Source: an uncultured delta proteobacterium
GTDB lineage: Bacteria > Desulfobacterota > Binatia > Binatales > Binataceae
Assembly (NCBI GenBank): GCA_963842215.1
Contig: CAWJFQ010000010.1
Location: forward strand, 581,350 to 645,349
Direction of reading: 5' to 3'
Length of the DNA: 64,000 nucleotides
Shown here: one piece after another, positions 60,145 through 64,000 of the stretch
How the letters are laid out: each line of letters starts with the position of its first letter
Numbering within the stretch: the first letter of the stretch is position 1
Translations under genes and position numbers: made by a program
Notes under the pieces: model-generated
The model's database searches: none
Told to the model about the DNA's origin: nothing
Seen by the model: the letters and a program-made list of their open reading frames with translations, nothing else

Positions 60145-62136
60145 CTAATTTTGAGTTGTCGACGCGCCGACGACGCGGACCTTCGCCGTCGAGCCGGGAA
60201 TCCTGTCTGCCGCCATCGGCTGGTAGCGTCCACCCAGGTTGTCGGCCAGGAACTTTTCCATGCGTGCGGTGAAGTCCAGCCGGTTTTCAGGCCGCACGAA
60301 ACCGTGGCCTTCGTCTGTATATAAAACGTAAACGGCATTGCCGCGATGTTTCGCGATCGCATCGACGATTTGCTCCGCCTCGGCCTGCTTGACGCGCGGA
60401 TCGTTCGCGCCCTGGCCGATCAGCATCGGGATTTTAATCTTGTCGGCGGAGAAAAGCGGTGACGCCGCCGTCAGCAGCTGCTTGTCCCCGGGATCGCCGG
60501 GATTGCCAACCCTGGTGAAGAAGATCGCGCGCACGACATCCCAATACGGCGGAAACGACGCCAACAGCGTGAACAGGTTCGAGGGGCCGCATTCGTCAAC
60601 CGCGCATCGATAGAGGTCGGGCGTGAAGGCGGCGCCCGCCAACGCTGCGTAGCCGCCGTACGATCCGCCGAATATCGCGACGCGTTTCGGATCCGCGATT
60701 CCCTGGTCGACGGCCCATTTCACGCCATCGGTCAGATCGCTCTGCATCGTGCGGCCCCATTCGCGGTCGCCCGCGTGCAGATATTTCTTTCCGAATCCGG
60801 TCGAGCCGCGAAAATTAACCTGGAGCACGGCATAGCCCCGGTTTGCGAGCAGTTGAATGTTGGGACCGAAGCCCCAACTGTCGCGCGCCCATGGTCCGCC
60901 ATGCACCACCAGCACCAGCGGCAGATTTTTCGCAAGCACGCCCGTCGGCAGCGTCAGGTAACCGTTGAGCTTCATGCCGTCGCGCGCGGTGAATTCGACC
61001 GGCTTCATCGTCGCGAGCGGAGCGTCGTCGAGTTTTGGCTGGACGCTGAACAGGAGGGTCGCCTTCCTCGATTCGCGATCCCACGAATAGTAGCGCACCG
61101 GCGCGCGATCGCTGGAGAACGAAACAAGCCAGGTCTTGTCGGCGAGGTCGCGGTCGGCGACACTGAAATCTCCGTCACTGATTTTGGCGATCGCGTCGAA
61201 GTCGGCCTGAATCGACGGATCGACAACCGTCCAATGCATCCGTCCGGGGTCGAACGCTACCGCCTGCACTACGTGCCGCGTCGGCTGAATCATCGCGTCG
61301 CTCAAATCGGCGGCGTCGCTATGCGCGATCGTCGTCTCCTTGCCTGACGCCAGCTCATGGCGCACCAGGCGCGCGGTATCCGTCCCGATCGAGCTGCTGA
61401 GAAAGATCTCTTGGCCATCCTTGGTGAAGTCCAAGGCCGCCAGGTTATCTTCCCGCCCTGCCTTTATCAGCGTGCGCCACGGACCTGCCGCGCTGTCGCG
61501 AATCCGAATCTCGGTGCCGCCGTCGGGCGTCGTGATGGTGGCGGCGCGAACCGTCATATCGTCGTCAGCGAGCCACCCCGCGACGTCGCCGGGGTTTTTG
61601 GTGTCGAGCTCGACCGCACCGGTGCCCAGATCGACGCGATAGACGTCCATCAATTTGCGATCGCGCAGATTGAGTGCGACCAGGACGCGCGCGGGAAATT
61701 TTGGACTCGAGGCGACGAACTCGGCGCGCACAGCTTGCCACGGAGTCAAGTCGCGGACGTTGTGCGAGTCGAGATCGACGGCGAACAGATGGAAGTTCTC
61801 GTCGCCGGCGGCGTCCTGCGCGTAGAGAATCGTTTTCGAATCGAACGCCCATCCGAAAGTCTGAATTCCACGGCTCTTGTCCGCCGTGACTACGCGCGCG
61901 TCCTGTTTGCCGATAGTCTGCACCCATACTTGCAGGATTTCGTGCTCATCCGGCGCGAGCCACGCCAGCCGCTTGCCGTCGGGCGAGATGTGCGGATTGG
62001 CGCGCTCAGGATTTCCAAGCAGTGTCTCTCGCGGAATCAGCGGCGGTAACTGGCCAAAACTCGGCGGCTCTGGAATTGTCGAAGTCATGGTGAGGACCGC
62101 AATGATTAATGAGAGCTTCCACGCAAATTCGAACAT
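60145..62136 (-). CDS. S9 prolyl oligopeptidase family peptidase
   Basis: VHGGPW, GGSYGG, GANDPRV, DEGHGF. Confidence 0.93.
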   Translation of the reverse strand: MFEFAWKLSLIIAVLTMTSTIPEPPSFGQLPPLIPRETLLGNPERANPHISPDGKRLAWLAPDEHEILQVWVQTIGKQDARVVTADKSRGIQTFGWAFDSKTILYAQDAAGDENFHLFAVDLDSHNVRDLTPWQAVRAEFVASSPKFPARVLVALNLRDRKLMDVYRVDLGTGAVELDTKNPGDVAGWLADDDMTVRAATITTPDGGTEIRIRDSAAGPWRTLIKAGREDNLAALDFTKDGQEIFLSSSIGTDTARLVRHELASGKETTIAHSDAADLSDAMIQPTRHVVQAVAFDPGRMHWTVVDPSIQADFDAIAKISDGDFSVADRDLADKTWLVSFSSDRAPVRYYSWDRESRKATLLFSVQPKLDDAPLATMKPVEFTARDGMKLNGYLTLPTGVLAKNLPLVLVVHGGPWARDSWGFGPNIQLLANRGYAVLQVNFRGSTGFGKKYLHAGDREWGRTMQSDLTDGVKWAVDQGIADPKRVAIFGGSYGGYAALAGAAFTPDLYRCAVDECGPSNLFTLLASFPPYWDVVRAIFFTRVGNPGDPGDKQLLTAASPLFSADKIKIPMLIGQGANDPRVKQAEAEQIVDAIAKHRGNAVYVLYTDEGHGFVRPENRLDFTARMEKFLADNLGGRYQPMAADRIPGSTAKVRVVGASTTQN

Positions 62137-62278
62137 CGAGCATTAAAGATGACAGAAAAAACCGCGGAGTGAAGGACGCACGCATGGCGGCGCCGCCGCG
62201 GAATAAGAGGCGCGGCTCTTGGGAGCATGGGCACCCCACACGCGAGAGAAGGGCGAGAAATGAAGCGCGGAGCCCGGG

Positions 62279-63955
62279 CTATTGCGCGCCTGACCGCAAC
62301 ACTTGCCCGGGCAGATAACCCGAATGATGCCCGTGCGCGTAAAGCACGTCGCCGTTGACAATCGTGTATTCGACGCCCTCCGCCGGCATCACCAGCCTGC
62401 GTCCTCCGCCCGGCAAGTCGTTCTGCATCCGCGCGCGTTTGGCCGAGCCTATCCGGTGCTCGTCGAATATCGCGATGTCGGCCGGCAGTCCGACCTTGAG
62501 CCTGCCGCGATTATTGATTCCAAAGAAGTCCGCCGGCTCCGACGTGATTCGCTTGATTGCGTTCTCCAGCGTCATCGCCTGTCGCTCGCGTACCCAGGTG
62601 CCCAGCAGGTAGGTGCAGTAGCCCGCATCGCACAGCATGTTCACGTGCGCGCCGCCGTCCGACAGTCCGATCATCGTGCGCGGGTCCGCGATCAGCCGCT
62701 GAATTCCTTCCTCGTGATATTGCTGCATTGTGTACTGGATATTCAGATCGTCCTCGAGCGCGAGGTCGAAGAATGTATCGAGCGGATCCTCCTGCCGCTG
62801 TTCGGCGATTTCGGCGACGGTCTTGCGCTCGTATTGTTTCATCGAAGGACTGGTGACCTCGAGCACTTCGACCCGGTTCCATCGGCCTTGAAACAGATGC
62901 GGCCGCTTGAGCTCCTCGCGAAACGCGCCGCGAAATTCAGGGTTGCGATAGAATTCCTTTTGCCTCGCCAGCGGCTGATTGAATACCGGTCCCCACAGCT
63001 CCATGTCGGCGAAAGAGAACGGGTTGCGCAAATCCATCTGCACCACGAATGGCTTGCACAGCACTTGCGGCACGCCGCCGCGATTGATCAGCGGCTCCAG
63101 CCGCCGGAGCGTATTGGCGCTGGCCTCGGGATTGTCGGGGCGGCTCGCCATCGCCAGCCACGTGACCGGCCGCATGCTCTCGTCGAGCAGAAACTCCAGC
63201 AGCCCTTGTTCCTCCTCCGACATTCGTCCCGCGCGCCGCGTCAGCGCAACTTCGATCGAGCCGCGCCCCGCGTCACGCAGCACGTTGGCGTACGCCTTCA
63301 ACTCGTCGCGCGACGCCAGCCGGCATGCCAGCGGACGCCCCTGGTACCCGATATGCTGCGGCAGGGTAGTCGTCGAAAATCCGAACGCGCCGGCGTCGAT
63401 CGCCTCGCGCAGCAAGCCCGCGACCCGCGTCGTCTCCTCTGGCGACGCCTCGCGCTCCATCGATTCTTCTCCCAGCACGTAGTGCCGAAATGGAGTCAGC
63501 GGCGCCAGGAACGCGAGATTGATTCCGGCGCCGCGACGCTCGGCGGCTTTGAGGAAATCCGGAAAGCTCTCCCACTCCCACGTAATTCCTTTTGACAGCG
63601 CCTCGAACGGAATCGCCTCGACGTTGACCAGGTCCCAGGCGGCGACCTCGCGCGCGGCCGGCTTGCACGGCGCAATACCCACTCCGCAATTTCCCATCAC
63701 GACGGTCGTAACTCCGTGCCACGAAGTACAACTGACTAATGGGTCCCAGCAGATCTGAGCATCGTAGTGAGTATGCGGATCGACGAAACCCGGCGCCACG
63801 ATCAGGTCGGAGGCATCGATTATCTCTGCGGCACCCGCGGCAACTTTTCCAATCTCCGCGATCTTTCCGTCCTTGACTGCTATATCGGCGCGACGGCGAA
63901 ACGCTCCGGTTCCGTCGATGACCGTGCCGTTCTTGATAATCAAATCATAGGCCAT
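62279..63955 (-). CDS. N-acyl-D-amino-acid deacylase-like amidohydrolase
   Basis: [35 protein letters not shown]. Confidence 0.88.
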   Translation of the reverse strand: MAYDLIIKNGTVIDGTGAFRRRADIAVKDGKIAEIGKVAAGAAEIIDASDLIVAPGFVDPHTHYDAQICWDPLVSCTSWHGVTTVVMGNCGVGIAPCKPAAREVAAWDLVNVEAIPFEALSKGITWEWESFPDFLKAAERRGAGINLAFLAPLTPFRHYVLGEESMEREASPEETTRVAGLLREAIDAGAFGFSTTTLPQHIGYQGRPLACRLASRDELKAYANVLRDAGRGSIEVALTRRAGRMSEEEQGLLEFLLDESMRPVTWLAMASRPDNPEASANTLRRLEPLINRGGVPQVLCKPFVVQMDLRNPFSFADMELWGPVFNQPLARQKEFYRNPEFRGAFREELKRPHLFQGRWNRVEVLEVTSPSMKQYERKTVAEIAEQRQEDPLDTFFDLALEDDLNIQYTMQQYHEEGIQRLIADPRTMIGLSDGGAHVNMLCDAGYCTYLLGTWVRERQAMTLENAIKRITSEPADFFGINNRGRLKVGLPADIAIFDEHRIGSAKRARMQNDLPGGGRRLVMPAEGVEYTIVNGDVLYAHGHHSGYLPGQVLRSGAQ

Positions 63956-64000
63956 TGCGTTCTCCCCGGACGCGATTCTCAGTAATCCGACTCAGCTCTC

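Noticed and set aside
62303-63595. 430-aa plus-strand ORF
   Set aside because: Antisense shadow of the amidohydrolase.

Overview
GC-rich bacterial chromosomal window with about 60 CDSs; no rRNA, tRNA, CRISPR array, prophage or IS was seen. Gene content resembles Candidatus Binatia, which is inference only. Main blocks: ppk1 (cut by the window edge); argE; a DUF2946 (CxxC + C-terminal RAPP) uORF in front of a TonB-dependent receptor, followed by a Fur-boxed exbB-exbD-tonB; heavily frameshifted amidase and LLM genes; a secreted rhodanese with an in-frame UGA and SECIS-like hairpin (probable selenoprotein) next to an OPT transporter; a ppx-[TMK-like]x2-CHAD-sixA polyphosphate operon; a peptide ABC transporter; mtnA; a small coiled-coil/wHTH protein; a xanthine-dehydrogenase-family molybdoenzyme with a MoaD-like gene; an ACAD/kinase pair; an Ltp2-like thiolase with DUF35; and a sulfur-starvation operon (DUF2292 - beta-helix protein - OprO/P porin - sbp-cysTWA). 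The most notable unannotated signals are: duplicated structured leaders with repeated GA-CCGG-loop-CCGG hairpins downstream of the DUF2292 gene, under two CymR/Rrf2-like boxes; a ~80-nt promoter-plus-terminator sRNA candidate with a C-rich loop at 35550-35628; the RAPP uORF; the Sec-rhodanese; and the paired non-canonical thymidylate-kinase-fold genes. Several isolated frameshifts suggest indel errors in the assembly.
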